From positions 1 through 64,000 of the forward strand of contig JADIIX010000032.1 in the NCBI GenBank assembly GCA_027604505.1: DNA of 64,000 nt, read 5' to 3'. Made by a program: the position numbers and the translations under genes. The notes below the pieces were generated by a model. That model was not told the DNA's origin and did no database searches. It worked only from the letters and a program-made list of their open reading frames with translations. This DNA comes from Gonapodya sp. JEL0774. Lineage: Eukaryota. Of this stretch, positions 35,951 to 49,354 are shown piece by piece (positions within the stretch are counted from its first letter, which is position 1; each line of letters begins with the position of its first letter).

Positions 35951-38140
35951 ATGGTCACGGAGCCAAAAGATCTCTCCTATTCGCGGGTTCATCACCCGCG
36001 CCACCTAAATGATCCTTCAATCCTTCGCACTCTTGATGATGGCGAAAAGTTACCCAATCCCCCTGCGAATCCTATAGCCGGTGGTCGGCCATTCCACCGT
36101 TGGACTCTCATAGGGACAGGTGCGAATGGGTACACCGCGGAGGAGAGAAAAAAGCATCAGTAAGTGTCGGTGTCATCATTTGCGAATGTGTCCGTTTCGG
36201 TGGTTTACCTGCTGGTTGAAACAGTGGTGGGTCGGCTCAACTGATCCCGAATCGGTCGTGACGATGATCTGATGTGAACACACTGTTGATTCTACCAGCT
36301 GCATGGAAGAAGCGAGCGTGGAACTTCACCAGAAATTCGTATTACACTCACAATCACAGTCAGTTGCTCGTCTTGTCTCCTGCGCAAGGTGGACATACGG
36401 GAGTTCAATTGTGGATCTTCCAACAGTTTCAGAGTTCTTTCCCGTGGCACAAGTATCGCGCGGTACGACAGCGCCAGGAAAGCTTCCTCTCGCGCTGCAT
36501 ATAGGCGCGGACCTCGGAACCACTCTCAAGCACAAGCTCCCTGACCGAGTCCTGGGAATAACCAAAGATGGAGTCGCGAGCGAGGAAGCGAAATGGCTTT
36601 CTGGCAGGGAGGTTTCTTTGGATGAATATTTTGAGAAGACGGACCTCCATGTGAGAGCTACATTCTTCTTCATGATATCAAAGCTCCGCAGCTGACCTTG
36701 AACGCCATCGCTGTTCCCCATAGTCTTTCATTGTTCTACACAAGGGTCACATCATCTACGAGCGATACGCACGGATGCAACCCTCAGACAAACAGTGAGA
36801 ACAGCAAACAACTGCTTTGGTCGGCCACATGAATTCACGAATCATTTTCCCAATCAGCCTCTGGTGGTCCGTTTCTAAATCGCTATGCGGCTTCTCTGTT
36901 GCTTTACTTGAGTATCAAGGACTAGTTGACGTGTACCGCTCGGTGGCACAATATATCCCAAGGTTCAAAGGAACCGAGTGGGAGAATGTTCGAATCATTG
37001 ACTGTTTGCATATGGCAAGTGGTATGCAAGGTAAGACACTGGGTTTGCGTGTGTGCAGGTAATAGTGCGACAATGTAAAGAAGTGTCTTGTTTGCTTTCG
37101 CAACTCCAAACAGGCAGGGAGCACGATGATGGAGGTGACGAGAACTCGAACCCGGAGAAAACTTATTTTCAGTACCTCGCCACTTTTGAGAGCATTTTTG
37201 ATACCAAAGCTCAAAGGTGAATCTTGGAGGGCGGTTGAAGATGACATTGCCAGTTCGAACTCCACATTCATTGTGAACGTAGGACCAACAATCTTTCCAC
37301 AGTTGAATATCTGGCAACGCTGAAGAAACAGAAGACTCCCGGGACGGCGTTGTGAGTCGAATTGTTGATCACGCAATGGTCGTGGGACAAAACTCACACT
37401 TGTGAACAGCGAATACTCTGACGTGGACACTGATGTCCTGGCGCTCGTTGTCGAGTCTGTCTCCGGTCTACCGTACCCCGCATTTCTCTCCCACCACGTC
37501 TGGTCGAAACTCCACACGGATTCTGACGCGCATATGCTAATCACCGGAGACGGTACGGGTGCGGTATGGTCTGCGGCAGGGATGTGCTCCACATTGAGAG
37601 ACTTGGCGAGGTGGGGTCTCGCATGGACACCAAGTGGGAGGTACCTTAATGTCGTACCTTCCGAAGTGGTGGAGAAGGTGCAGGCAGCGTGGCGGTGAGT
37701 TGATGGAGTTTAACCGAGCTGTATATCAATCGCTTTGCCTTTCTTCTTACGTGTTGATTTATGTGATCTTCCCAGCCCTCAAATTTTCGATCGGGGTTGG
37801 ATCGGGCCACACCTTTTGCGCACAGGGTTTCCCGATGGACACCGCATATCGCACAATTCGTACCAATGGGACTGCGTATTTGATGATGGGTCGGTTTACA
37901 AGGTAAGTTTGTTGGCTTTTACATGCGTGTCCATCCCCTTTGGGTCACCGACCAATGGTGAACCAGGGTGGCGCTCGCGACCAAGGGCTGTATGTCTGCC
38001 CCAGGCGTGATCTCGTGGTGGCATACTTTGGTGTGCAAGGTCTACCGACTAATGCGTTTGCGAGGCAAGTAGCCTTGGCATTTGATGAAGGAAAGTGGGG
38101 CAAAAACTGGGAGCCAGAGGTTGCAGGGAGTAGGATTTGA
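35951..38140 (+). CDS. Beta-lactamase-fold serine hydrolase (NylB/6-aminohexanoate-dimer hydrolase-like), multi-exon
   Basis: SxxK (WWSVSKSL), IIDCLHMASG, YSDVDTDVLALVVE, STLRDLARWGL, HNSYQWD, GGARDQGLYVCPRRDLVVAYFG. Confidence 0.88.
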
Positions 38141-38297
38141 GTGATTGGCACGAAAGATGAATGTAGCGAGGAACTTTTATGTTGTGAGCGCTGTGGATTC
38201 AATATCATATTGTGCAAGTAATACCTAAAATTCAAAGATCTAATTATGCAGTGTTCTCACTCAGGTTGGAGAATTTTCGCAAGAATTGTCCTCAGAT

Positions 38298-38843
38298 TCA
38301 AACGCTCCTGCTAAGTAACCAGTCTAATCTCTTTATGAAATGTCGTGCCTCCGCCATAGCCTCATCTGTCTTGTTGCGAAGAAGTGCTGCCCGATTTGGA
38401 TTTCGGTCAGTGCTCTCAAAACATGCCACACGCGCACGAAGCCATTCAAGTTCCAACTCAGACGCTCTGAGTGCTATTGCATCTGATTTTGCTTGTTGTG
38501 GTGTCCAACAAGTGCTCAACCGATAAGTGGATGACTGGGAGACACTCGCCGGGGGAATGTGATCGTTTGTAAGGGAGCGCCAGCCGGGCTCCCAGTAGTC
38601 CAGGCGCTCACGTAACCAAGATTTTTCAATCTGGTGGGCTCTGATTGCGACCTTGGGAGGGAGGCGATCTCGAGTTTGTGGTAGATGGGATGGAGAGTTT
38701 TGAATCCGTGGAGCGACGGGAGGACTGATCTGTAAACCAGGAGGTGGACCAAAAATTGGAGAAAGAATGTTGGACAAAATGGCGCCGATGGGATTGGTAG
38801 GGTGAGGGACAGAGCCATCGTCACTTGGGTGACATTGTGGCAT
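38298..38843 (-). CDS. Hypothetical protein (Pro-rich N-part, coiled-coil-like C-part); start uncertain
   Basis: 181-aa ORF with amphipathic segments WLRERLDYWEPGWR and LELEWLRARV. No family recognised. Confidence 0.35.
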   Translation of the reverse strand: MPQCHPSDDGSVPHPTNPIGAILSNILSPIFGPPPGLQISPPVAPRIQNSPSHLPQTRDRLPPKVAIRAHQIEKSWLRERLDYWEPGWRSLTNDHIPPASVSQSSTYRLSTCWTPQQAKSDAIALRASELELEWLRARVACFESTDRNPNRAALLRNKTDEAMAEARHFIKRLDWLLSRSV

Positions 38844-39508
38844 TTGATTCGAGCATTGGAACCCAAAGGAGCTAACATCATTTCATCTAAAATACGAAGC
38901 TCACATTGAATTCAGTCTGCTCCCACAAGAAGTCGTTCCGCTGGTTCGCGAAAACTTGTGCGGCATTCTGGATGCAGATCCATGACGGCGACAAGGGAGT
39001 GTTGCGATAGGGAGAAGTCGCATTCTCCCAAACGAGACAGGGTCTGGTCGTTCTCTATGTTGTGAGGGTGGGATATTGGTCTGTCAGCTAGAAAAGTCGA
39101 GTTACTAGGATGTGGTTCATCGGCTGAACACTTGCCGAACGTGATTCATACAGCTCCCAAGTCTCACCAGGATTCAAAACAAGTTCTCTTGAATTTTACA
39201 GTGACTCCTGTCCTGGTGGAGCTTTTTGGTTGAGCCGCAGGCAAAGTTCATCAACTCAAAGGCTGTCTCATCATTGATTAGAGGACCAATTGGGAGCACA
39301 TTCACAGAGAGTAAAAATAATACAAAGTTGTTCATCCCGAAGATTTCATTTATGTGGTTACATAGTGCAGCGCCACTGGATAAATAAGGTGCGAAATGTC
39401 GCCATAAAGGTGAACATGAAATGTGACCCATAAAATTCCCATCACCGGCTATCGCAATTCCCAACTGCTCTCAATCTTTCCATCCCACATTAACATACCT
39501 AATCGATT

Positions 39509-40868
39509 ATGACCAAGGATCTCAACACCGGCCCCGCGATCCGCCTGTTCGTAGCTCCGCTGTCTAGCTGAATTCTCGCTAACAAGCGTTGCTAATCATG
39601 CCCTTGAAAAATTCGTCGCACGAACTACGATGAACGCAAACCGACTCATTAGTGGATCAACCGTTCCTGACTTCGAGGCCGACACAACTCAGGGCAAGAT
39701 TAAGTTCCATGACTTCATTGGTGACTCTTGGGTCCTCTTCTTCTCCCACCCCGTGAGTTTTTGCGCCACTCGCAAACCACCCTGGATCTGGTGTTTGGCA
39801 ATTTGCTATGAAGCAATGAGCAACATCTTTTGGGGTGACACAATGTGGTCAATTGGCGTAGTCGGGGACACCGATTCGTCTTCACCTTGAGTTTGTCACC
39901 TCGAGTCCATTCGTATCTATTTTTTGACCATCAACTTTGTGAATTACTTCAGGCTGATTTTACTCCCGTCTGCACAACTGAACTTGGAGCCATTGCTCGT
40001 TTAAAACCGGAGTTCGACAAGCGCGGCGTCAAGGCAATCGGTCTCTCCTGCAACGAGCTGAATGACCACGAGAGTGAGATTAAGTCGACGAGTTAAATGG
40101 AGTTATGCTTCGTGATGGCTCATCATATTTCATTCACCTTGATTCACGGTAACACAGCCTGGATCTCCGACATTGAGCGCACACAGCACGGAAAGATCTG
40201 GTTCCCCATCATCGCCGATGCCGATCGCAAAGTTGCCGCTCTCTACAGCATGGTTCGTTTTCTCGAATTAACACGGATTCGAGCTGGCTCTCGTGCTGGA
40301 GGTGATTATAACGATTTACGCTCGTACATTTAGGTTGACTACCAAGACCCAACCAACATCGACAGAAAGGGCATTCCCTTCACCGTCCGCAGTGTCTTCA
40401 TCATTGTGGGTTTGGCTGGCAGGCCATTTACGGTGATCCGACGAACTTTAACTCACTTTTACAACTTGTATTCAGGACGGCGCCAAGAAGCTGAGACTCA
40501 CGCTGACCTATGTGAGTACCACCACTGTTTTATTGAGGTGCGTCATTCCAAGGCCTGATTTATCTCCCTTCCGTACCAGCCCGCATCTGTGGGCCGTAAC
40601 GTTAAGGAGCTGATCCGTGTTATTGACGCTCTCCAAACCGGTGACAAGCACAAAGTCACAACTCCTGTTGACTGGGAAGTGGGCCAAAAGGTACGATTCA
40701 CATTGAGAGACACCTCACTTAACAACTCTTCCTGACAAATTGTGTGGTGTCCGGATATAGGTTATCATCCCTCCCACTGTTTCTGACGAAGCGGCTGCGA
40801 AGACATACCCGCCGTTCGACCCCGTCCTCCCTTACCTCCGTTTCACCACTGTCCCTAGCCCGCAGTAG
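39509..40868 (+). CDS. PRX1: 1-Cys peroxiredoxin (Prx6/PRX1 type), multi-exon
   Basis: [90 protein letters not shown]. Confidence 0.95.
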
Positions 40869-41057
40869 ATTTGTACTACGTATCAGTAGTTTCCGTGTAT
40901 GTTAAATTGTTGAATCCTTTGTTTACTTGTGATCATCGAAGTGTGTCCTGAGTCCTTGACCCAAGTAACTGGCCGGAAGAGTTGTTGTTCATCCACAGTC
41001 GGATGCAAGATGTGCCGTTTTCAAGCCTTCTGGATCAGTTGGCGCAATTAATTCCCG

Positions 41058-42175
41058 ATGCTGACTGGATATGCGCATGAGGATTCTCCACAGCGTGCAT
41101 CACTGGTGTCGCTTCCCCCAGAGCTCTGCTCGATCGTGCTATCCCATCTACCCACTACTTCGCTCCTGCGATTGGCCCAGACATCAAGGAGCTTTCAGGC
41201 GACCATTTTTGAGAAAAATCCTCCGCTCTGGGTAGATGGACTCGACTTGTATGCCGCCCAATTCGAGGTGTGTTCGTGCTCCCGGAACAGTCGCAGAAAA
41301 CCACCGGACAGTCTCTCACCGCCTAAGTTCATTCAGAATGATGTCTCCGATAGATCTAAAGCAAAGAGCCACGCCTACATTCGCTCTCCCATATCTCTCG
41401 CTCGCTTTCATGATCGCCATCTCATGGCATTGCTCGACAGGCTATCTCCTTCCTCTTTAGAAGCTATTCGACGAGTCAGCCTGGACTTCACTCCTGTAAC
41501 GAATGCGGCCATGTGGGCTGTGATGAATAGCTGCCCAGGTCTCTCCATGCTCTCTATTCATTGTTGTCCGAACATTGCATTGACGGAAAAGACTCTGCGG
41601 GATTTGGTCGCCATGGTGGGATCACGATCACCATTCATATTGGGGTTCTTTGAGGTGTCTCTGCCTCACATATTCCTTGCTAATGGGAGATTCTATGCTG
41701 TCGAACGGGGAGCGCTCCGAGCGCTCAATTATTTGACGGACAATCTTCCGCGGAGCTGGCTGGAGTTACACCCCAAGTGCAGGGTTTGTGGTTCAGATGG
41801 CTGGCAAACGCATGTTGCTAGAGATGAGTGCAAGAGGTTAGTCGGTGGGACGAATCATTCGCGCATTCCTTGAAAGTGACCTCTCACCAACCGTTCTGTA
41901 TGTTTCCAATTCAACGATTCAGTTGTGCCCGCGTCATCCACTCCTGTCCCCACTGTGTTCGACCATCGTCCTGTGCTGCGTGCAAAGCACCTGTTCCTGG
42001 TTGCACCGTGTGTGATCCTCTCGCTTATCGACTTCCTTCAACCGTGGCGAGGAAGTGCACGCGGCGCAAGTGTCGACAATGGCTCTGCTTAACGTGTGCA
42101 AGCAAATTGCCTGAGAAGGTTGTTGACGGGAGAAATTGTGTGGGTCTATGCCCGGATTGCGAGGTGGACTTGTGA
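41058..42175 (+). CDS. F-box protein with LRR-like segment and Cys-rich C-terminus, one intron (41837-41922)
   Basis: LVSLPPELCSIVLSHLPTTSLLRLAQTSRSF is an F-box. LRR-like VSLDFTPVTN..CPGLSMLSIHCCPNI. Many CxxC pairs at the C-terminus. Confidence 0.85.
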
Positions 42176-42499
42176 CTTCGAGCACTCCACCCAAATACCA
42201 GTTTGAAAGTCTGATACGCTGTTCTTTGTTTCATCCTTTATATGTACTTATTTTTATTGACTCATTACGGTACCAGAAATATAAACAGAAGTGGATAGCA
42301 TCATACAAGTGGTGCGAATGACCCAGCAGACCAACCAGTGCCAATCCTGGCAGATCACAATGATTACTGAACAAGGACGCAAAGGGCATCGGCGATTAAG
42401 TGTAGCGTCAACTAGCTGGTCCAAAGTTGATTTGAGGCCGATTCGCCCCCGAGGAGGTGGATATCGCGGCAAGATAAGACAAAAAAGGCGATCTGAGGG

Positions 42500-45000
42500 G
42501 CAGGCGACTCGGGATTCAGAGGTAGGAGCGGAGTCGAAACGGGGGAGACGAGGGGGTCGAGTCGCTGGCCCAAAGTTGATTGGAGACCAATTCGCCTCCG
42601 GGAGGGGAGATGGACGCAAAGAAGGCATGAGGAAGTGAATCAAGGGGCTGACGAGCAGGAAAACGTGCCTCTCGTTGCGGGGAAATGGAAGGAATGCAGG
42701 CAGAGAGGTTTGCATTCTTTTCACGCTCTGCTTGCAATGCAAGCTCCAGCTCCCCTGTGTCCCCCTCTCCACCTGTTCAATGTCCTTCAGGTTCTTTTCC
42801 ACCACAGCAAGCTCCTCCATCCCTTTCACAGATTCACCCTGATCAGCGTCCATGGAATCTGCTTCTGTACGTCCAATCTCTGTCGTTGCTCCAACACAGT
42901 CAAACACGGGTACCGTGGTATAGTCCATTTTGTCGTCACCACTTAACACCAGGCTCGCAAAGTCCAACCACGCTTTCCTGATGCTCCATTCAATTTAAGC
43001 CATGTCTCCGCAGCAAGATACACACGGCCGTTTCCTGAACTTGTGGAGCTCCCCAGAGAATCGCTAGGCCCGGCAAGGTCTTCCAAGGGGTTTCTTGAAG
43101 TCGGTGGCGCAGAGCAGCCAGAAGAGGAAGCGTACAACGTTGAGGGGTGTGGAGTGGATATGGTGAGTCTACGAGACACCTGTGCGGAGGCATTGGATGG
43201 CTCGAGATCGCCAGTGTCGTGGAGGGTTGCAGAAGGATGGATATCTTCAAGAACAGTGGATTTGTTGGGTTGCTCAAAAACGCACTTTCCGAGAGTGAGA
43301 GCTTTGACGAATAATGAGGATACCATGATTATTACGCCAACTGTGGTGAAAGCAAAGAAAGAAAAGTTAACTTAGTAGAGACAAACGAACTGACAAGAAC
43401 AAAGATCCACCACAGATATTCACAAGCAAAGAGAACGATTCCGGGATCGCTGATTGTGTGGAGACGTGAGCAGTCTGCTTCAGCTGCGCTATAGTCTGGG
43501 ATGTCATGCAAACACCCAAACCGTGGGAAGAATTCCCTGGAATAGGACGGTGGGGGCAGTGAGGGAATTGACCCTTTGATTTAAACACACGATATGGGTA
43601 CCGGGACGTGCAGTTCAGCGTGGCGACAACATGAGTGGGGAGAACGAGTGGGGCAAAGCAGCCAGACTGTGAGCGGAGGACATAACGGGAGTGGATGGTG
43701 TAGATGTTGGAGCGTGGAGCAGCTTGTCTTGGATAATGGAGGGAGCATGTCTGGGCGAGAAGTCTGGGTTAACCGGTGAGAGTGTTGCGAGTGGAGGAGA
43801 TGCCTTGAGAGAAGAATAATTGTAGGAGGTTGGGATGTGAGGTTTAAGGACCTGTAACACCGAAAGTTTTGGATTGAGGAAGTTATTTTAAGTTAAGCAT
43901 CATGCCACTACCTCATCAAAATGAAACAGGAGTGTCCAAACAAAACTTACCAAGGATGCGAGCACAAGGAATACAATGAGGCAGTTGGAAACTGGGGTTT
44001 GGTAAGTAGTCGATGGATGATTAGATAGATTCAGCGAGTTGCGCAGTTGAGGGGACACCTGCCGCAACTTCGGCAGCCAAGCACGAATCACGTCTCCAGG
44101 CAACAGAATATTGCGTGAAATCCAGAGAAATGAGCAAACTGGTGCTCGCGATATCTGATGGCGCCGTTTTACTCACGCATTTCAGGTATGTGAATGAGGT
44201 TTGGGACTCTGACGGGCCTCTCATGTGCGTCCACTTGTGCCTCATTTTTGGTGGAACGAATTAATTTCTGCTGGGAGTTAAAATTCATTGAAGACGAGAA
44301 GATCCCACCGCTCAGATCACACCAAGTTGGCAAGAAAGCTTCGTTTGATCCATTGGCGTGAGGGCTGCTTCGCGTGGACAAATTGCGATCGGGAAGTATG
44401 TCCAACCTGAATCGATCAAGCACACCCGCTCCAGGTATGGACACTCGCGAGGAGCAGAGCTCGGCGTGTCTGGGCAGAGGTTGAGGTGGATAAAAATTGT
44501 CATCGAGAGAGGAAGTTCCACACAAAAACTTTCCGAGCAATGGCGTGAGAGGAGATCAAGCCCATAGGAAACTTGAGAGATCCATTTGCAGAATCGGAAC
44601 TCGGAAATCGGATTTAAAGATTACTTGGAATTCCTTGATTGATCTTGCGAGCTTGCACCTCTTAGGATCCAGAGTGTTACGTGGGTGTGAGCAATGCGAA
44701 GGACACGTCAGCGCAACTGGCGATGATGTTTGTGGGCTGGTGCTGATTGTGGACGCGTGGACACATTGCTTGACCTGCCAATTGGCTTCTCCACGGATAG
44801 AGTCGAGCGATGGCCGAGCTGTCTTTTGGAAATTCCCAAATCGAAATCGCTCAAGTTTGGTTTGGCAGTTCCCAGGGATCGTCTGCGAGGTCTTCGAGCT
44901 CTGGTTTGGTCAGTCCTGCAGAAGGCATCGTGGGAAGTGACGCCTTCTCCGGATGGATACGTTGTTCAAAAATTTCGCATCGTCAAGGAAACGATACCCA
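42500..45000 (-). CDS. Possible intron-rich hypothetical gene, low complexity; structure unresolved
   Basis: Several Ser/Pro-rich minus-strand ORF pieces with GTGAGT/GTAAGT donors and pyrimidine-rich CAG acceptors. I could not assemble one open frame. Confidence 0.25.
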
Positions 45001-46158
45001 TCAAAGAATTTGGCTCCAATTTCCTGGTTTACGTTCCCAAGGATGTTACATTATTTGTTTGCAATGGTTGCCCCACCGTCTCCCGCTCTGAACTCCCCTC
45101 ATAAACCTCACGGCAGAGTTTCTGTTGTTCTTTGTATCCACAGTCAACGATCATACAGTAGTAAGTCACATTTCATTTTGAACTCGGATTCGCATGCTGA
45201 TGGTTGCGTCATTCTACCGCCACGTCTGCGTTCTTGGCCCCTCAAGGAACACGAGCATTCCGTTCCACCCTCCTCTTTATCTCTTCTGTCAATAATTCCT
45301 ATGCAACTTGATTGCAAGACTAACTTGGCGACGATTATGTCAAGCCTCACTCGACAATTCCAAGATTTGACACCAAACAATTGATCATGCTTCGTGCGGC
45401 AAGTCATGTCACTGGGATCAAATAAATTTACTCATCGGCGACTTGTAACTGCCAGAGTTTCCTCACTGCGTCACCACCACAATGCGTTAGTTAACCTGCC
45501 GCATTGTTTCGTTACGGCGTGATACGCATTCACTAGCGTCGAATCAGGTTCGTAGAACCATCCCATGACAGATGGAGCAATATCGCGAATGAGAGCGAAT
45601 GAAGGCAAGCGGCAGTGTGGGAACATTGCCACCTGCCCCCACCATTATTTGAGCTACTGAACGATGATGGGAGAAGTCTTCCAGGAAGGAGATAGATGGG
45701 AACTGCCATCCACGTTCTTGCGCGGAAGAAATCTCCACGTGCCCGAAAGACGAACTCAGCACCGGCTCTGGGCTATGGAGCATATTGACGACACTGCACG
45801 CAGAATGAAGAGAAGACTTTGTTAGTAGGCGACGGATGTAATGCGCAGTGCACGGCGTAAAGACAGATGGGGAGCAGACGTGCGGATGGGCACGTTTGAT
45901 GCACAGCCAGCTGATTTTGGACGGTTCTCGCTGGTTTGAAAAGGCCTGAGACAGTGCTCCGTGCTCCATGAAGAACAAAGCGTATTGGCGTTGCGTCACC
46001 ACATGAAGTCGGGGGAGGCATCCGGATTCGTGCTCTGCTGATACATACGTATCGTAAACGCTTGTTGTCTCGTAGTACAGAGGCGATATTCGGCGCCTTG
46101 CTCTGTCGCTTCAATTTCAATTTATTTAAACTGCGAGAGCCCAAGGAATTTGTGGAGA

Positions 46159-49100
46159 ATGTCGGTCGCGCCAGATACTTGCTAGTTTAGTGTAGATTTG
46201 TTGTTGTGCACCAGGTGGAAAATCGGAGATGACTCGACTCCGGCACATTACTGTGACCCGACCATCCCACTGAGGTCGAGAATCAATCGGACTGAGAGTT
46301 CTATATCGTCGACAAAATTTGAAGCAAAAATTGCTGTGGGCGCGGCGCCGGGTCCACCCCGCAGGGGGGCGTGCACTTCCGTCGCAAACTGACAACGTTT
46401 GTGAAACTTTGGGTTGAAGTCGGCGCTTCCGATGCCGCGCATCAAGCTCACTGATAGGGACTTTGATACATTGGCATCACAGATTGGCCGGGATAGAGGT
46501 GAGATTGTCGAGAAATCCTTGGGATGACGGAATGGAGAGGTGGAACAGCGCAGAACGATCCACCATCTGGATTCACAAGGAATGGGAGGATCACAAATAA
46601 GCGTCTTCTGTGGGATGATTGGGTGGTCATTGGAGTCAGAGGATTTCGTGAAGCAAATGGATCCCAGAACCCGCCTGGAGCTCATCCCCTGCCGTTTGAC
46701 CTTCTTTCAGGCTTTATCCGACAATGTATCCTCGAAGAGAATGGATATAAACTCGACCACCTGCGAGTTACGGACCTCCACAAGGTGATGGATTATCTGA
46801 GAAGTAGATTTGCGGAGTGCTACGTCAACAAGGGCCAGCTCAAGGGTGCATACGTCATGGTTAGCTGCTGTGTCTCCGTTTTTCTTCAACTCGACCTAGA
46901 TAGAACCTGAAAGTTCATCGGCTGTCCCCACTTAGGGTTGTCGTCGAGTAATCCACGGTGTCCAAATCCCCTCCACAACCCCCCGTCCTCATGCACCGGT
47001 ATTCCGCCCGTTGCCGCCAATCACAATGCCACAGCAGCATTTTGCAAGACCACATTCTCAACCGTATTGGCCCAGTCAGCGGCCCCCTGCTTTCTTAGGC
47101 AGTTATCCCCACCCCGGCCATCCCGGCCATCCCGGCCATCCCGTCCATCCCGTACATCCCGGTCATCCCGGTCATCCCGGCCATCTCGGCCATCCCATGA
47201 ATTCGATGTATCATGGCTATGGTCAATTTCTTGTACAGGCGCCCGTGGATCCCGCTACTTTGTTGCAAAGTGTTATTAAATCGCTGGGTAGACGAACAAC
47301 CTGGACGGATGTTGTTTCCTTGGACACGAAGAAGATTCCGAAAGTGGGTATAATCGGAGTAAACCCCCTGGAGAACAACTGATTTGCCGTATCTCCCAGG
47401 GCTATTACGTTCCTCCTGTCACGTTAACTCCACCTGCGCGTTCGCAACCGGCTTCAGGTGCCCGAGTAGCCCTGGTCTTCACATCGTGCGCATCGTTTAA
47501 TAAACGTGATATTAGTATTGCTGGATTACGTTCACACTCTCACTGACCCTCAAAACTAGGCCCACTTCCAACGTGTTGCAACCTCATTTCGTCGTTGGTC
47601 AGGTTATCGTTTGTGACGCAGTCTCATATCCAGGAACCCCGCCCAAATCGAAATGCTTTCTTCCTGGTCAAGGAGACAAAAATGCTTGGTTCTTTGAGCT
47701 GGGCTCGTGGCAGGATTGGAGTGGCGGTTGCACTTTCCAAGTACCTGGGTGATTATCCGAGCCACTGCAGAAACGGTGAAGAATTCGATATCGATTCCCC
47801 CTTCTTTGTTCGGCACAGTTGGATGCAGGACTATATCGCTTGCCTCGTAACAGTGCGTGATCGAACGGCGGAACAGGTTCTAGCCAAGGTTTACGCCCAA
47901 TCGTCTGAAGTGGAAAGTATGTAGTGCTTTCCTAGTCGGATACTTCTACCCATACGTAACCTTCCTCTCTGGTACCTTTGAACAGAGCCTGTAGACAATC
48001 CAGTGCCTCTTATGAATGCAGTACCTGCCGCTACCAAACCCGTTTCTCTTACCAACCCCGTCCTCAACACCAACTCCTCGGCCGTCACGAATACTCTGAC
48101 TACTCCAATCCCGAACCTCCCGAATACGACTCCCGCCCCACCAAACACAGTTACTCCCGCTCTTGATCCTTGCCCGATATGGAAACCCGCAATTCGACCT
48201 ATGGCCCCTACTTCAGGGTCGTAACCTCCTCAAGTTTCGGCAGTCCCTCCAAATGAAATATCGACACTCTCAGAAGCCGTGTCGAAGTACGAGCTTGCCC
48301 TTCCCGCATCACTCGCTGCAGAACGTCTATCCAAAGCTACAAAGGTGGCCACCGAAGACGACGATGGAATTGAAGTCGGAGACAAAGTGAGCTTTCGGAA
48401 TACGGTGATCTTCCTTGAGGGTGAGGTCAAATATCCTGTCTTGGATTCATAAATCAGACTGTTACATTCCGATGTCCCCTGACCCTTGTGCGAGTTCGAC
48501 ATCCATGTAAGGGTAAGTTTTGCAAGCACCCTGACGTGTTTGACGCAGAGGTTAGTGTCATTTGGAGTGGTGCGGTGTTTCCATTGTAAGTTCATTTGGT
48601 GCTCATGTGGGATTGGTTTTATCTGTCTAGTCTTTTCTCGAATTCACGCGACATCAGGAACGGTGGGAATGCTTGGTGTCCGGGTGCGGTCAGATACTGC
48701 TATACGAGGATCTCCGAATAGACCCCTTCTTTTATGATGCACTGAAGCGATATCCTGACGATGAGAAGATTGTTGTCCATGCTGATGGTGAGGGAGTGCT
48801 TGCGCTATGGCCCTCTATCATACCGCACATACTTAATCATTGTATATGGGGATCTCATAGGCACCCTGTCTCGCCATTCTACACCTCCCCCTGTGCTCGT
48901 CCGCCCCGGCGAGAATCGCAGGACGTGTAGCCCGCCGCCCAGGAAACGCGGCCGCGCCGAGGCGCAATCCAACGACGTCATTGACGTGGACGCACTGGTG
49001 ATTGTATCCGACTCGTCGAGTGAGAGCGAACGCGAGGACACTGTCGTGTCGAAGGGTCGCAAGAGGGGCCGCCCGTCGGGGAAGGTGGTTGTGCAAGTGG

Positions 49101-49354
49101 TGGATCTGTGTTTAAGCGACGACGATGAACAGACGCTCCCAGTGAACAAGAGCAAGACTCGAAGACGGGGCCGCGAAACATTGGAGGAGAAGGACGAGGA
49201 CGCTGACCTGACAGTCATTGAAAGTGAGAGCGAGAGCGCTGCCGGTCGAGGTGATGGTGGATCAGATGCTGCGAACGAGACCTTGGTACTTGACTCGCCT
49301 ATTTCCTCCCCAAGGAGGAGTATGCGAAGAAATGTCGGTGGTACTCCACAGTAG
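46159..49354 (+). CDS. SP-RING (MIZ zinc finger) SUMO E3 ligase, Siz/PIAS-like; 5' end approximate
   Basis: Spliced exons 48458-48550 and 48631-48787 give DDDGIEVGDK-TVTFRCPLTLVRVRHPCKGKFCKHPDVFDAE-SFLEFTRHQERWECLVSGCGQILLYEDLRIDPFF. C-terminal SIMs (VIDVD, LVIVSD, VVDLCLSDDDE, LTVIESESE) and basic NLS-like PRKRGR. Confidence 0.85.
47110..47196 (+). repeat. 9-bp coding tandem repeat (CATCCCGGC-like) encoding (HPG/HPV)n
   Basis: HPGHPGHPGHPVHPVHPGHPGHPGHLGHP. Confidence 0.95.

Noticed and set aside
38148..38200. SECIS-like ATGA..AA..GA pattern after the hydrolase TGA stop (some early-diverging fungi use selenocysteine)
   Set aside because: The helix next to the putative core does not pair properly, the upstream gene is not a redox family, and the peroxiredoxin active site is a normal Cys codon.
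43620..43720. BTB-like string YTIHSRYVLRSQSGCF on the minus strand
   Set aside because: I could not splice it into an open frame, and the similarity is too short to support.
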